Below, one piece after another: positions 36,411 to 45,787 of a stretch of DNA of 64,000 nucleotides (the stretch's first letter is position 1; every line of letters begins with the position of its first letter). This stretch comes from Spirochaetia bacterium (lineage in GTDB: Bacteria; Spirochaetota; Spirochaetia; SZUA-6; Bin103). Made by a program: the position numbers and the translations under genes. Location: assembly GCA_965208065.1 (NCBI GenBank), contig OZ242313.1:619396-683395 (forward strand), given 5' to 3'. The notes beneath the pieces are model-generated. The model saw only the letters and a program-made list of their open reading frames with translations, did not search any database and had not been told where the DNA came from.

Positions 36411-37403
36411 TTGGACCCTGCCATGCCGACGCGCGCCCCTCGAAATCGGACGATCTCATGCACAGAGGCGGAACGGGAACAACTCGTACGCCGCGTCATG
36501 CGGCTCGATAGCCCGGTCTCGTGCCGTGAGGTCGCAGGGCGGGTTGTCGGCGGCGACATCTTCTCCGTCGCCTGGCACCTCCCCTTCTCGTTTGTCGACC
36601 TGCTGGTCCTCGATCCTCCATACAACATCACCAAGCACTTCGGTGGCAGCACCTTCAGGAAGAAGCCGGCAGACGAATACCGGCGCTGGTTCCAGGCCCT
36701 CATCGATCTGTTGCTGCCGCTGATGAAGCCGGACGCTACGCTGTACGTGTGCTCGGACTGGAGCACTTCAACCGTGATCTTTCCCGTTTTGGAGGCGTCC
36801 TTCCGGGTACGGAACCGAATCACCTGGGAACGTGACAAGGGGCGCGGCGCGAAGCGGAACTGGAAGAACAATACCGAAGACATTTGGTTCTGTACGCGGT
36901 CGGACGACTTCTACTTCGATGTCGATGCCGTCAAGCTGAGGCGCAAGGTGCTGGCGCCCTACCGCAACAACGGGAAGCCGAAGGACTGGTCGGAGGACCA
37001 GGATGGCAGATTTCGCCTGACCCACCCGTCCAACATCTGGACCGACATTACCGTGCCGTTCTGGTCGATGCACGAGAACACCGAACACCCGACCCAGAAG
37101 CCCGAGAAACTGATGGCAAAGCTGATCCTGGCCAGCTCGAAGCCGGGTGACTGGGTGTTTGATCCGTTTCTCGGCAGTGGCACCACCGCGGTCGTCGCGG
37201 AAAAGCTGTCACGCCGCTGGTGCGGAGTCGAGATCGATGCCGACTACCAGTGCCTGGCGCTCAAGCGCCTCGCCGCCGCCCGGACCGATTCGTCGATCCA
37301 GGGCTACGCTGAAGGCGTGTTCTGGGACCGCAACACACACCCGGTCCGCACCCCGCCGGGCGGAACCGACACCGGCCACGCCCAAACCGAGTTGTTCTCA
37401 TGA
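36411..37403 (+). CDS. Type II DNA methyltransferase, beta-class amino-MTase (N6-adenine or N4-cytosine).
   Basis: Motif IV DPPYN precedes motif I FDPFLGSGTT (beta-class order). HPTQKP is present. Confidence 0.8.
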   Translation: MDPAMPTRAPRNRTISCTEAEREQLVRRVMRLDSPVSCREVAGRVVGGDIFSVAWHLPFSFVDLLVLDPPYNITKHFGGSTFRKKPADEYRRWFQALIDLLLPLMKPDATLYVCSDWSTSTVIFPVLEASFRVRNRITWERDKGRGAKRNWKNNTEDIWFCTRSDDFYFDVDAVKLRRKVLAPYRNNGKPKDWSEDQDGRFRLTHPSNIWTDITVPFWSMHENTEHPTQKPEKLMAKLILASSKPGDWVFDPFLGSGTTAVVAEKLSRRWCGVEIDADYQCLALKRLAAARTDSSIQGYAEGVFWDRNTHPVRTPPGGTDTGHAQTELFS

Positions 37404-38068
37404 GGGCGCGGTTCTACTACGACGGTTACCATCATGCGGTGGCAACGAGTATCAAAGCGCACCTGAATTCGATTCCTGATTTCCTGACGACGGAGACTGC
37501 GAATAGTCCGAGAGCGGTGGGTGACGCGCTCGAATCGATAGTCGCGGAACGATTCAACACGTTCCTCGGCGACTGGTGCTCCGAGTACTCAAGCGATTTT
37601 GCGCGTCGCGCAATGGCCGACCTTGCGTTCACTGATCGAGACGGCATCTACACCGTCGTGGACGTGAAGACGCACAGGGAAGACACACGATTCAATATGC
37701 CCAACCTCACGTCGGTGGAGCGGCTGACTCGATTCTACGAGTCCGACTTCAACGTGTTTGCGCTTCTGCTCATCAGGTACTCGATTCAGGGTACGTCCCT
37801 TACGGCGTCCGGCGTCACCCTGGTGCCGATTGAGTTTCTGGACTGGGACTGCCTCACAGTAGGGGCGCTGGGCTGGGGCCAGATCCAGATTGCCAACGCC
37901 AACCAGGTCCACGTCCGGGATCGATACTCGCGAAAACAATGGATGTTGCAGCTCTGCGACGCGATGATGGAGTTCTACCCTCGCGAAATCGACAAGATTC
38001 GCAACAGAATGAACCGCTTCGCAAATGTGAGGGCAGACTGGGAATCGAGACAGGACGTCTGGAAATGA
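37400..38068 (+). CDS. Putative restriction endonuclease (PD-(D/E)xK-like), partner of the adjacent MTase.
   Basis: ATGA overlap with the MTase stop. Candidate PD-(D/E)xK core FTDRDGIYTVVDVKTH. No other similarity recognised. Confidence 0.45.
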   Translation: MRARFYYDGYHHAVATSIKAHLNSIPDFLTTETANSPRAVGDALESIVAERFNTFLGDWCSEYSSDFARRAMADLAFTDRDGIYTVVDVKTHREDTRFNMPNLTSVERLTRFYESDFNVFALLLIRYSIQGTSLTASGVTLVPIEFLDWDCLTVGALGWGQIQIANANQVHVRDRYSRKQWMLQLCDAMMEFYPREIDKIRNRMNRFANVRADWESRQDVWK

Positions 38069-38324
38069 AAGATACACCACTGCTTGCATTCGCCACGTTC
38101 CTCCTCGGCGCACTGCGTGGCAGAGGATCGGCGACTCTTGCCTGCGGCCATCTCTAGATCCGAATCTCACGGGCCGCGATTCCGTCTCGTTGATTCAGGG
38201 TGGGCCGTTGAACTCCCTGACGGCGTGCGGGTGGGCCCCAAGCAGGCTGCGGATTATCTGCCCGTTCATAGAGTATATTGTGCGGGCTGGTTGAAAGACC
38301 AGTGAAATTTGAGCTGAGGGTTCA

Positions 38325-39416
38325 ATGCGTACTGAAGTTTTGTTCTCGCAACGCAACTGGATACTTAAGAACGAGTCTCCGTCTGACAAGATGCCAACAG
38401 AGATCACCGAGTATGACGTGTATTCCGATGCTCGGTTTACGGGACAAGTAGACCTTCCTGACTGTCCGTATGCTTTTCTTAATGCGCTGTCATCTGAGTC
38501 AGGGACGGTGGACACCAGAATGGTTCTCAGGATTGAGAGTTATGACGATTCTCACGTTTCGCCATCTATTGACTGGTCAAAGACCGACGATGCGACGTAT
38601 CATGGGGGGTGGTACGATGATGAGATAATCTCGCTTGCGTCGCTCATTCTTGGCGTTAGGTTGGCGTCTGGTGGCATCTCCCGGCGCTGGTCCCGACCTG
38701 CTGACGATCGTTATGGACAACCAAACCGTCTCGCAATGAAACCTAAGCTGCCGTTTGTCATCAAGGGTGGCGGTATCCTTCCGGATGTGACAGGAGAACA
38801 TTCGATGATGAACTTGGAGCATTTTGGTTCGATTCTACAAATCGAGCCCAGTCGGTTTGTTTCACTTGTTCGGGCATGTAGTCTCTATCGCAATGCTTTG
38901 TGGATGGTGGAGTTGGACACGAATCTTGCATGGTTGCTATTTGTGTCGGCATTGGAGACTGGCGCAAGAGACGTATGCGGTTCGGGAAGCGTCACTGAGT
39001 CTTTTTCTAAGTTTGTGATTCAATTCCGACCATCCCCGCCGAAGCAGCGCCCGGATGCCGGCACACTACAGTTTGAGTGGACTAAGGAGAACTTCAAGCG
39101 GATGTTGAAGTTGGTATACGATTACCGCTCACGAGCATTGCATGATGGGAAGCCATTTCCCCCGCCTATGTTGAGTCGTCCTTGGCAACACGGTCACGGC
39201 GCTCCGCCTAACGAGGTTCCCGGTCCAGGGCTTGCAGTTTCTACGATGGGCGGTACTTGGCGCAAAGAGGAATTGCCGATCAATCTCCATACGTTTCATT
39301 ACATAACGAGACACGTATTATTGGAATGGTGGGCCCGTGAGTTGTCTATTTCGCAGGAACGCGAGGTGCCGTATAGTGCCACTAAGGGCCGACGCAATAC
39401 AAGACCCTATAGATAG
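38325..39416 (+). CDS. Hypothetical protein, 363 aa, in the lowest-GC part of the island; unknown function, possibly defence-related.
   Basis: Clean ORF in AT-richer DNA with a distinct codon usage. No motif I can assign. Confidence 0.5.
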   Translation: MRTEVLFSQRNWILKNESPSDKMPTEITEYDVYSDARFTGQVDLPDCPYAFLNALSSESGTVDTRMVLRIESYDDSHVSPSIDWSKTDDATYHGGWYDDEIISLASLILGVRLASGGISRRWSRPADDRYGQPNRLAMKPKLPFVIKGGGILPDVTGEHSMMNLEHFGSILQIEPSRFVSLVRACSLYRNALWMVELDTNLAWLLFVSALETGARDVCGSGSVTESFSKFVIQFRPSPPKQRPDAGTLQFEWTKENFKRMLKLVYDYRSRALHDGKPFPPPMLSRPWQHGHGAPPNEVPGPGLAVSTMGGTWRKEELPINLHTFHYITRHVLLEWWARELSISQEREVPYSATKGRRNTRPYR

Positions 39417-39436
39417 ACGCAATCAAGCCGTTACCG

Positions 39437-39751
39437 TTAGCAGCATGGAGGCTTTGTGATGGCTGTTCGTGGCGTGCATGATGGGTACCGCTCGCCCATT
39501 GTGGCACTATTATGATTATGAGACCTCCCCTGTACTCCACCGCCGCGCTCGTCGACCTGTTTCGCCAGCACACCGTCGGCAGTGATGACGTAGGTAGCGC
39601 GGGCAAGCCTCTCAATAAGCCCGCCCGCAACCAAGTGAGTGAGCGGGTAGCCTGGCATCCGGTTTACACCCATCCGGGCAAGGATTTCTTGCCGCGCCAT
39701 CGGCCTACGATCGGAAAGGGCTTCCAGTATGCCCCATCGTGCTTCCGTCAT
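39437..39751 (-). CDS. Small winged-helix DNA-binding protein (putative transcriptional regulator).
   Basis: MTEARWGILEALSDRRPMARQEILARMGVNRMPGYPLTHLVAGGLIERLARATYVITADG looks like a wHTH. The C-terminal 35 aa are probably read-through. Confidence 0.35.
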   Translation of the reverse strand: MTEARWGILEALSDRRPMARQEILARMGVNRMPGYPLTHLVAGGLIERLARATYVITADGVLAKQVDERGGGVQGRSHNHNSATMGERYPSCTPRTAITKPPCC

Positions 39752-39981
39752 GTACATCGTTTCTTCGCTTCGGGCTGGGCCCTCGGGGTGGTTGGTTCGT
39801 TGGTTCTAACTTGCCGGTGCCCCTCGTCCATCTGTGCAATCTGAGCCATGGTGTCGATCGCTTCCTTTACTTTGGGGCTATGCAGCAGTTCGGCGGGGTC
39901 GACGTATAGGCCGCCAGTATAGGTTACGTGCACCCTGGGTTTGGACCGCTCGCGTGACGAGGGGTTGCGCGATCGTGCCAC
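39748..39981 (-). CDS. Small hypothetical ORF (77 aa) overlapping the wHTH gene start.
   Basis: ORF only. Same strand as, and a 10-nt overlap with, the wHTH gene. Confidence 0.2.
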   Translation of the reverse strand: MARSRNPSSRERSKPRVHVTYTGGLYVDPAELLHSPKVKEAIDTMAQIAQMDEGHRQVRTNEPTTPRAQPEAKKRCT

Positions 39982-40189
39982 AGACGAACCTCCTTGCTAC
40001 CCGACCAACTTATCATACGCGAGGCACCGCGCAACGACCCGGTTGATCGGTGGTTGGAGGGTTGGCAAGGAGTATACGTCCTGCCGGGAAGGGTTTGCGT
40101 CCAACCGCGAGTGACAGGAATCCATAGCGGGACGTTGCTAACCTGATTGACGCCGCCATTGGCTGTTGTTCGGCACGGTGTGGCAGGGC

Positions 40190-40300
40190 ACGGTGCGTGA
40201 GGTGGGCGTGGCGGGCGGGCGGGGGCGGGCGGTGCGGGCGGGTGCGGGCGGTGTGCGGGGTAGACAGGGGGTGGCGAGTGCGGGTAGGGTGGCGCGGCGC
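40190..40300 (+). repeat. G-tract-rich low-complexity region (GGGCGG/GGGTG repeats), a potential G-quadruplex-forming sequence directly upstream of the HMG-CoA synthase start.
   Basis: ggtgggcgtggcgggcgggcgggggcgggcggtgcgggcgggtgcgggcggtgtgcggggtagacagggggtggcgagtgcgggtagggtgg, read directly. Confidence 0.5.
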
Positions 40301-40302
40301 TG

Positions 40303-41580
40303 ATGGAGAGGTCCTTCGGGATCGGCGACATCGCCGTTTATATCCCCCATCTACAGATTTCGCTCGATACGCTGATCGCACGGCACCGTGAACGCAACCC
40401 GCAGTGGGCCCGGACCCTGGCGCGGGCGCGGCGGCGCACGGGACAGGAGTCGCTGCGCTTCCCGGAGCCGTGGGAGGATGCCGCCACGATGGCGGCGCAG
40501 GCGGCGGCCGCACTGCTGGAACGGATGAGCGAGGCCGAGATCGGCTCGCTGCGCTACCTGGTGGTGGGTACGGAGTCCGGCGTCGACCAGGCCAAACCGG
40601 TGGCGGCGCACGTGCAGGGCATGTTGCAGCGCGCCGGGTTCGCGCTGTCGGGGGCGCTGTCCACGTTCGACATTCAGCACGCTTGCGCCGGCGGGGCGAT
40701 TGGTCTGGCGAGCGTGGGGGCGATGCTGCAGGTGAGCCGCGGCGAGGCCGGGCGCGGGCTGATAATCTGCACCGACGAGGCGCGCTACGCTGCGGGCAGC
40801 AGCGCCGAGATTACCCAGGGCGCGGCTGCGGTGGCGCTGCTGGTGGAGCCGGAGCCGCGCCTGCTGGAGATCGACTTCGCGGCGATCGGTTATGCGTCGC
40901 GCGACGTGGACGACTTCTTCCGCCCGCACGGCTCGGTGGCGGCGCGCGTCAGGGGGCGGTTCTCCATCGATTGCTACCAGCGTGCGGTGGAGGAGGCGCT
41001 GCTCGACCTGGGTGCCCGCACCGGGCGCAGCATGGCGGCGCTGCTGGAGGAGGCCGACCTGTTCGCACTGCACGTGCCGTTCCGCTCGCTGCCGGAGGAG
41101 TCGATGGCGGGCCTGGTGCAGCGCCACCTGGACCTTGATGCGGCCGCGGCGGCGCGGTTTCTGGCCGGGCGGCAATTCGCGGACGGTACCGCCCCCGCCG
41201 CGGTGGTGGGCAACGTGTACTCGGGGGCGCTGTTTCTGAGCGCGGCGGCGCTGCTGGCGGCGCGCCACCGCGAGTGCCGGTCGGCGCTGGCCGGCCAGCG
41301 CGCGGTGCTGGTGGCGTACGGCTCCGGCAACACCGCGCTGGCGTTCTCGGCGCGGGTCGGCGGCAAGGCCGGCGCGGTGCTGGAACGCTGGTCGTTCGAT
41401 GCCCTGATCGACCAGGGGGTGGAGGCGCCGCTGACCGCGTACGATGCCTGGATTGCCGACTATCCTGGCCGGCGCGGCGCCGAACCGGCCCCGGGGCAGG
41501 TTCCGGTGGGCCGCTTCTACCTGCACGGGATTCGCGACGACGGCTATCGCACCTACCGGCACGCAGGATCCGCCGGGTGA
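40303..41580 (+). CDS. mvaS: Hydroxymethylglutaryl-CoA synthase.
   Basis: VVGTESGVDQAKPVAAHV, active-site FDIQHACAGGAIGL, EITQGAAAVALLVEPEPRLL, DVDDFFRP, FALHVPF. These are collinear with bacterial HMGS. Confidence 0.85.
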   Translation: MERSFGIGDIAVYIPHLQISLDTLIARHRERNPQWARTLARARRRTGQESLRFPEPWEDAATMAAQAAAALLERMSEAEIGSLRYLVVGTESGVDQAKPVAAHVQGMLQRAGFALSGALSTFDIQHACAGGAIGLASVGAMLQVSRGEAGRGLIICTDEARYAAGSSAEITQGAAAVALLVEPEPRLLEIDFAAIGYASRDVDDFFRPHGSVAARVRGRFSIDCYQRAVEEALLDLGARTGRSMAALLEEADLFALHVPFRSLPEESMAGLVQRHLDLDAAAAARFLAGRQFADGTAPAAVVGNVYSGALFLSAAALLAARHRECRSALAGQRAVLVAYGSGNTALAFSARVGGKAGAVLERWSFDALIDQGVEAPLTAYDAWIADYPGRRGAEPAPGQVPVGRFYLHGIRDDGYRTYRHAGSAG

Positions 41581-42698
41581 GCTGGAACGAGCCGGCGGCG
41601 GCTGCGGCCGAAATCAGTACCCGCAAGGAGCACCATCTCGACATCTGCCTCGATGACGAGCGCTATCCCGACCCGGCGGCCGGCGGCACCAGCCTCGACC
41701 AGGTGCGGCTGGTGCACCGCGCGCTGCCGGAACTCGACTACAACGCCATCGACACCGCGCAGCCGTTCCTGCGCGCGCGGCTGCGGCTGCCGCTGCTGAT
41801 TTCCTGCATGACCGGCGGCTCGGGGCGCGGGCGCAGCGCCAACCGCGCACTGGCGGAGGCGGCGCAGCGCGCCGGCGTCGCCGTCGGGGTGGGGTCGATC
41901 CGCCCGCTGCTGCGCGATCCCGACACCTTTGCCGACTTCCACGTCAAGCCGCACGCGCCCGACGTGCCGGTGCTCGCCAACCTGGGCGCGGTGCAGCTCC
42001 GCGACCTCGGCGCCGCCGCGCTGCGGCCGCTGCTGGAGCGGCTGGAGGTACAGGGGCTGGTAATCCACCTGAACGCCGGCCAGGAGCTGTTTCAGCCCGG
42101 CGGCGACCGCGATTTCCGCGGCCTGCTGGAGGCGATTGCCGGCGCCGTGGCGGGCTGCGGGGTGCCGGTGCTGGTCAAGGAGACCGGATTCGGCATCGGC
42201 CCGGCGGAGATCCGGCGGCTGCTCGGCTACGGGGTGCGCTACGTGGACGTGGCCGGCTCGGGCGGCACCAACTGGATCGCGGTGGAGGGGGAGCGGCTGG
42301 CCGCGCCGGAGCGGCAGAGCGCGCGTGCGTTCGCTGACTGGGGGTTGCCGACCGGGGTGCTGCTGGCGGCGCTCGGCGGAGCCGAGGCGGGCCGCGTGAT
42401 CGCTTCCGGCGGCTTGCGCAACGGCGTGCACCTGGCCAAGGCGCTGGCCCTGGGCGCCGGGCTCGGCGCCATGGCGTTGCCGTTCATCCGCGCCGTGATG
42501 GCTGGCGGCAGCGAGGGCGCGCTGGCCCTGATCGGGCGTACGGAACATGAGCTGCGCACCGCCATGACGCTGTGCGGCGCCCCGACGCTGGCCGCCCTGC
42601 GCGGGGCGCCGGTGATGCAGTCGGCTTCTTTCCGCCACCAGGTCACCGAACTGCGCCGGGCCGCCCTGCCGAAGTCGGCCTCCGCGGCCGAGGAGTAA
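41577..42698 (+). CDS. fni: Isopentenyl-diphosphate delta-isomerase type 2 (FMN-dependent).
   Basis: N-terminal TRKEHHLDIC (RKxxHL), TIM-barrel FMN-binding motifs (VKETGFGI, ASGGLRNG). The GTG start overlaps the mvaS stop (GTGA). Confidence 0.85.
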   Translation: MSWNEPAAAAAEISTRKEHHLDICLDDERYPDPAAGGTSLDQVRLVHRALPELDYNAIDTAQPFLRARLRLPLLISCMTGGSGRGRSANRALAEAAQRAGVAVGVGSIRPLLRDPDTFADFHVKPHAPDVPVLANLGAVQLRDLGAAALRPLLERLEVQGLVIHLNAGQELFQPGGDRDFRGLLEAIAGAVAGCGVPVLVKETGFGIGPAEIRRLLGYGVRYVDVAGSGGTNWIAVEGERLAAPERQSARAFADWGLPTGVLLAALGGAEAGRVIASGGLRNGVHLAKALALGAGLGAMALPFIRAVMAGGSEGALALIGRTEHELRTAMTLCGAPTLAALRGAPVMQSASFRHQVTELRRAALPKSASAAEE

Positions 42699-42703
42699 CA
42701 GGC

Positions 42704-43867
42704 ATGGCTGAGTTGGAACTTCGCTACGGCGCCAACCCGCACCAGGCCGGCGCCCGCGTCACGGCGTCCGGGGCTCTGCCGTTCACGGTGCTCGGCGGAG
42801 CGCCCGGCTATATCAACTTCCTTGATGCGCTGAACTCGTGGCAACTGGTGCGCGAGGCGCGCGGAGCCACCGGCCTGCCGGCGGCGACCTCGTTCAAGCA
42901 CGTCAGCCCGGCGGGGGCGGCGCTCGGGCTGCCGCTGACCGATGCCGAGCGGCGGGTGTTCGCGGCCGGGACCGGCGAGCTGTCGGCCACCGCAGCCGCC
43001 TACGCGCGCGCCCGCGGCGCCGACCGCATGAGCTCCTACGGCGACTGGGTGGCGGTGAGCGACCAGGTGGACCTGGCCACCGCGCGGCTGCTGAAGCGGG
43101 AAACATCGGACGGCATCATTGCCCCCGGCTACGACGCCGACGCGCTGGACGTGCTGCGCGCCAAGAAGGGCGGCGCCTACCGGGTGCTGGCGATCGATCC
43201 CGACTACCGGTCGCCCGCTACCGAGCGGCGCCAAGTGTTCGGGGTGACCCTGGAACAGCCCCGCAACGACACCGTCATCGACGGCGAGCTGCTGACCAAC
43301 GTCCCCACGGCGGCGCGCGACATCCCGCCGGCGGCGGCGCGTGACATGCTGCTGGCGCTGATCGCCCTGAAGTACACCCAGTCCAACTCGGTGTGCATCG
43401 CGTATCGCGGCCAGACCATCGGTATCGGCGCGGGCCAGCAGTCGCGCATCCATTGCACCGCGCTCGCCGCCGACAAGGCGTGCGCCTGGTACCTGCGTTT
43501 TCACCCGGTGCTGCAGGAGGTGCGTTTCCGCCCCGGGGTGCGCCGCCACGACCGCGACACCTGGATGACCCAATACGTGGGCGGGGTGCAGGTCACCGAC
43601 GATGCCTGGCTGCGCGCGCAGGTGGAGGAGATGCCGCCGCCGCTGACCGCGAAACAGCGCGCCGACTGGCTGGCCGGGCTGGACGGTGCCGTGCTGGCCT
43701 CGGATGGGTTCTTTCCGCATCGGGACAGCATCGACGTGGCACGGCGCTGCGGCGTGCGATACATTGTGCAGCCGGGCGGGTCGCTGCGCGACGGCGACGT
43801 GATCGAAGCGTGCGACGAGCACGGGCTGGCGATGGTGATGACCGGCTTGCGCCTGTTCCATCACTGA
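42704..43867 (+). CDS. Stand-alone AICAR transformylase-domain protein (PurH C-terminal domain-like; no MGS-like IMP cyclohydrolase domain).
   Basis: ELRYGANPHQ, SFKHVSPAGAA (catalytic K-H), QPGGSLRD. The protein is 387 aa, so only the AICARFT domain is present. Confidence 0.7.
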   Translation: MAELELRYGANPHQAGARVTASGALPFTVLGGAPGYINFLDALNSWQLVREARGATGLPAATSFKHVSPAGAALGLPLTDAERRVFAAGTGELSATAAAYARARGADRMSSYGDWVAVSDQVDLATARLLKRETSDGIIAPGYDADALDVLRAKKGGAYRVLAIDPDYRSPATERRQVFGVTLEQPRNDTVIDGELLTNVPTAARDIPPAAARDMLLALIALKYTQSNSVCIAYRGQTIGIGAGQQSRIHCTALAADKACAWYLRFHPVLQEVRFRPGVRRHDRDTWMTQYVGGVQVTDDAWLRAQVEEMPPPLTAKQRADWLAGLDGAVLASDGFFPHRDSIDVARRCGVRYIVQPGGSLRDGDVIEACDEHGLAMVMTGLRLFHH

Positions 43868-43894
43868 GCGTCACCGCCTGCGAGGAGGAACGGT

Positions 43895-45715
43895 ATGGGC
43901 AGCAGCAACGGCAGCAATGGGAGTCACGGCGATCACGGCGGCAACGGAATGGTCCCGGTGGCGAGCCTGGAAGAGGTGCGCCGGCGTGGGGTGATGGTGA
44001 CGCGGGCGGGCGACCGCTCGTTGGCGGTATTCGCGGACGGCGACGAGATCCACGCGGTGGACAACCGCTGCCCGCACATGGGGTTTCCGCTCGACCGCGG
44101 CAGCGTCAAGGATGGCATCCTGACCTGCCACTGGCACGAGGCGCGCTTCGAACTGGCGAGCGGCTGCACCTTCGACCTGTGGGCCGACGACGCCATCTCC
44201 TACCCCACCGCGGTGCGCGGCGACCAGGTGTGGGTGGCCACCAGCCCGCGCCAGCAGCGCGACGCCGCCTACCACCGGCTGCGCCTGCGCCGCGGCATGG
44301 AGATGGGGGTCGGGCTGGTGCAGGCCAAGAGCCTGATCAGCCTGCTCGGCGGAAATGACGGCCTGCTGCCGATCGTGGCGAGCGTGGTCGATTACGCGGC
44401 CGCCAACATCACCAGCTTCGGCGAAGGCATGGTGCGGCTCACCTGCGTAGCGCGCCTGGCACCCTGGCTGAGCGCAGAGACGCTGTACCTGGGGATGAGC
44501 TACGCGGTACGCCAACTGGCCGCCGAGGCCAACGATGGCACGGCGCGCCGTCCCCGCGATCCGCTCGCCGCGCCGGCGCCCAACGAGGCGCTGAAGGGGT
44601 GGCTGCGGCAGTGGGTGCTGACCCGCCACCGCGACGCGGTCGAGCGCACCCTGCTCGCCGGCGTGGCCAACGGCCTGCCCGCCCCCGAGCTGGCAGACCT
44701 GCTGTACGGCGCCGCGGCCGACCGGCTGTACGCCAACACCGGACACCTGTTCGACGCCTGCAACAAGGCGCTGGAGCTTCGCGACCTGCTCGACGGATCC
44801 GCGCCCGACGACCTGCTCGCGTTGCTGGCCCCGTCGCTGGCCGACGCGCGCGGCGAGGAAGAGAACACCCCCTGGCACCACCCGGTGGAGATCGCCGCCG
44901 CCGTGCGCGCCGCCGAGGAGCGCCTGCCTGCCCTGCTCGCCAACGGCAGCGGAGGCGCACCAGCACTGCTTGACGAGGCTGCCGAAGACGACCTGGTGGA
45001 GCGAATTCTCGGCGACGATCCGCTCGATGTCATCGCCGCGGTAGAGGGCGCGCTGGCAGGCGGTGCCGAGCCCGCCGCGGTGGGAGCCGCCATCTGCCGC
45101 GCCGCCGGCCTGCGGCTGGCGCGCTTTGCCACCTCCAACGAGGTCAGCGACTGGTTCAACCCGCAGCACACGTTGATATTCTGCAACGCCGTGCAGCGCG
45201 CGCTGCTGCGCACCGGCGGCCCGGACGTGGTGCGGGCGCTGTACCAGGCCGCCATCGCCGTGTACATGGACCGCTACCTGAACGTGCCGTCCGCCAAGCT
45301 GCCGGCGGAGCGCGGTACCGCCATCCCGGCCGCGGACGGCGCGGCGGCGGCCGGCCTGCTCGACGACCTGCTCGACGCCCTCGACAACCGCGCCGAGGTG
45401 GAGCGCGCCGCCGACCTGACCAGCAGCTACCTGCGCACGCCGACGACCGACTGGCACGCCCACCTGCGGCGCCTGGTGGACCGGCTGGCCTATGCCACGC
45501 TGCGCGAGGACCTGGACTTCCACACCCTGCAGGTGCTGGAGGCAGCCACCACGCAGCTTGCCGCGCGCGGCAACGATCGCGGCGCCGAGCAGATCATGGT
45601 GGGCGTGGTGCGCAACCTCGCCGCGCACTGTCCCACGCAGCGCGCCGGCTACCAGACGGCCGTGATCGCCCGCCGCCTGCAGCACGGCGAGGAACTGTTC
45701 GCCGACGACGCATGA
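43895..45715 (+). CDS. Rieske [2Fe-2S] domain protein fused to a large (about 480-aa) C-terminal domain of unknown function.
   Basis: CPHMGFPL...CHWHEARF Rieske CxH/CxxH ligands. Good RBS (GAGGAGG). A low-complexity GSSNGSNGSHGDHGGNG N-terminus. Confidence 0.6.
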   Translation: MGSSNGSNGSHGDHGGNGMVPVASLEEVRRRGVMVTRAGDRSLAVFADGDEIHAVDNRCPHMGFPLDRGSVKDGILTCHWHEARFELASGCTFDLWADDAISYPTAVRGDQVWVATSPRQQRDAAYHRLRLRRGMEMGVGLVQAKSLISLLGGNDGLLPIVASVVDYAAANITSFGEGMVRLTCVARLAPWLSAETLYLGMSYAVRQLAAEANDGTARRPRDPLAAPAPNEALKGWLRQWVLTRHRDAVERTLLAGVANGLPAPELADLLYGAAADRLYANTGHLFDACNKALELRDLLDGSAPDDLLALLAPSLADARGEEENTPWHHPVEIAAAVRAAEERLPALLANGSGGAPALLDEAAEDDLVERILGDDPLDVIAAVEGALAGGAEPAAVGAAICRAAGLRLARFATSNEVSDWFNPQHTLIFCNAVQRALLRTGGPDVVRALYQAAIAVYMDRYLNVPSAKLPAERGTAIPAADGAAAAGLLDDLLDALDNRAEVERAADLTSSYLRTPTTDWHAHLRRLVDRLAYATLREDLDFHTLQVLEAATTQLAARGNDRGAEQIMVGVVRNLAAHCPTQRAGYQTAVIARRLQHGEELFADDA

Positions 45716-45787
45716 GGCAGTCCGGGCGAGCCGGCACCGCGCTTGGCCGGCGGCACGAGCGGGCGCGGTGTCTCCGGTAGCGGGCCG

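Larger units (their letters stand above)
36060..40300. other. Compositionally atypical genomic island with a visibly lower G+C than the flanks (lowest at about 38.1-39.5 kb). It carries the brnA-like gene, the RM pair, the unknown gene and the wHTH gene. No integrase, transposase or flanking tRNA is seen.
   Basis: By-eye base composition. The gene content is typical of defence islands. Confidence 0.5.

Noticed and set aside
36060-40300. Calling the low-GC island a mobile element, prophage or ICE
   Set aside because: No integrase, transposase, direct-repeat att sites or tRNA target were seen. It is kept as a compositional island only.
39924-40513. Proline-rich minus-strand ORFs (135 and 166 aa)
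   Set aside because: They are the reverse-complement reading of the G-tract region and of the 5' end of mvaS. No start context, and pure low complexity.
42704-43867. Annotating the AICARFT-like gene as full bifunctional purH
   Set aside because: It is only about 387 aa and lacks the N-terminal MGS-like IMP cyclohydrolase domain. It is kept as a stand-alone transformylase-domain protein.
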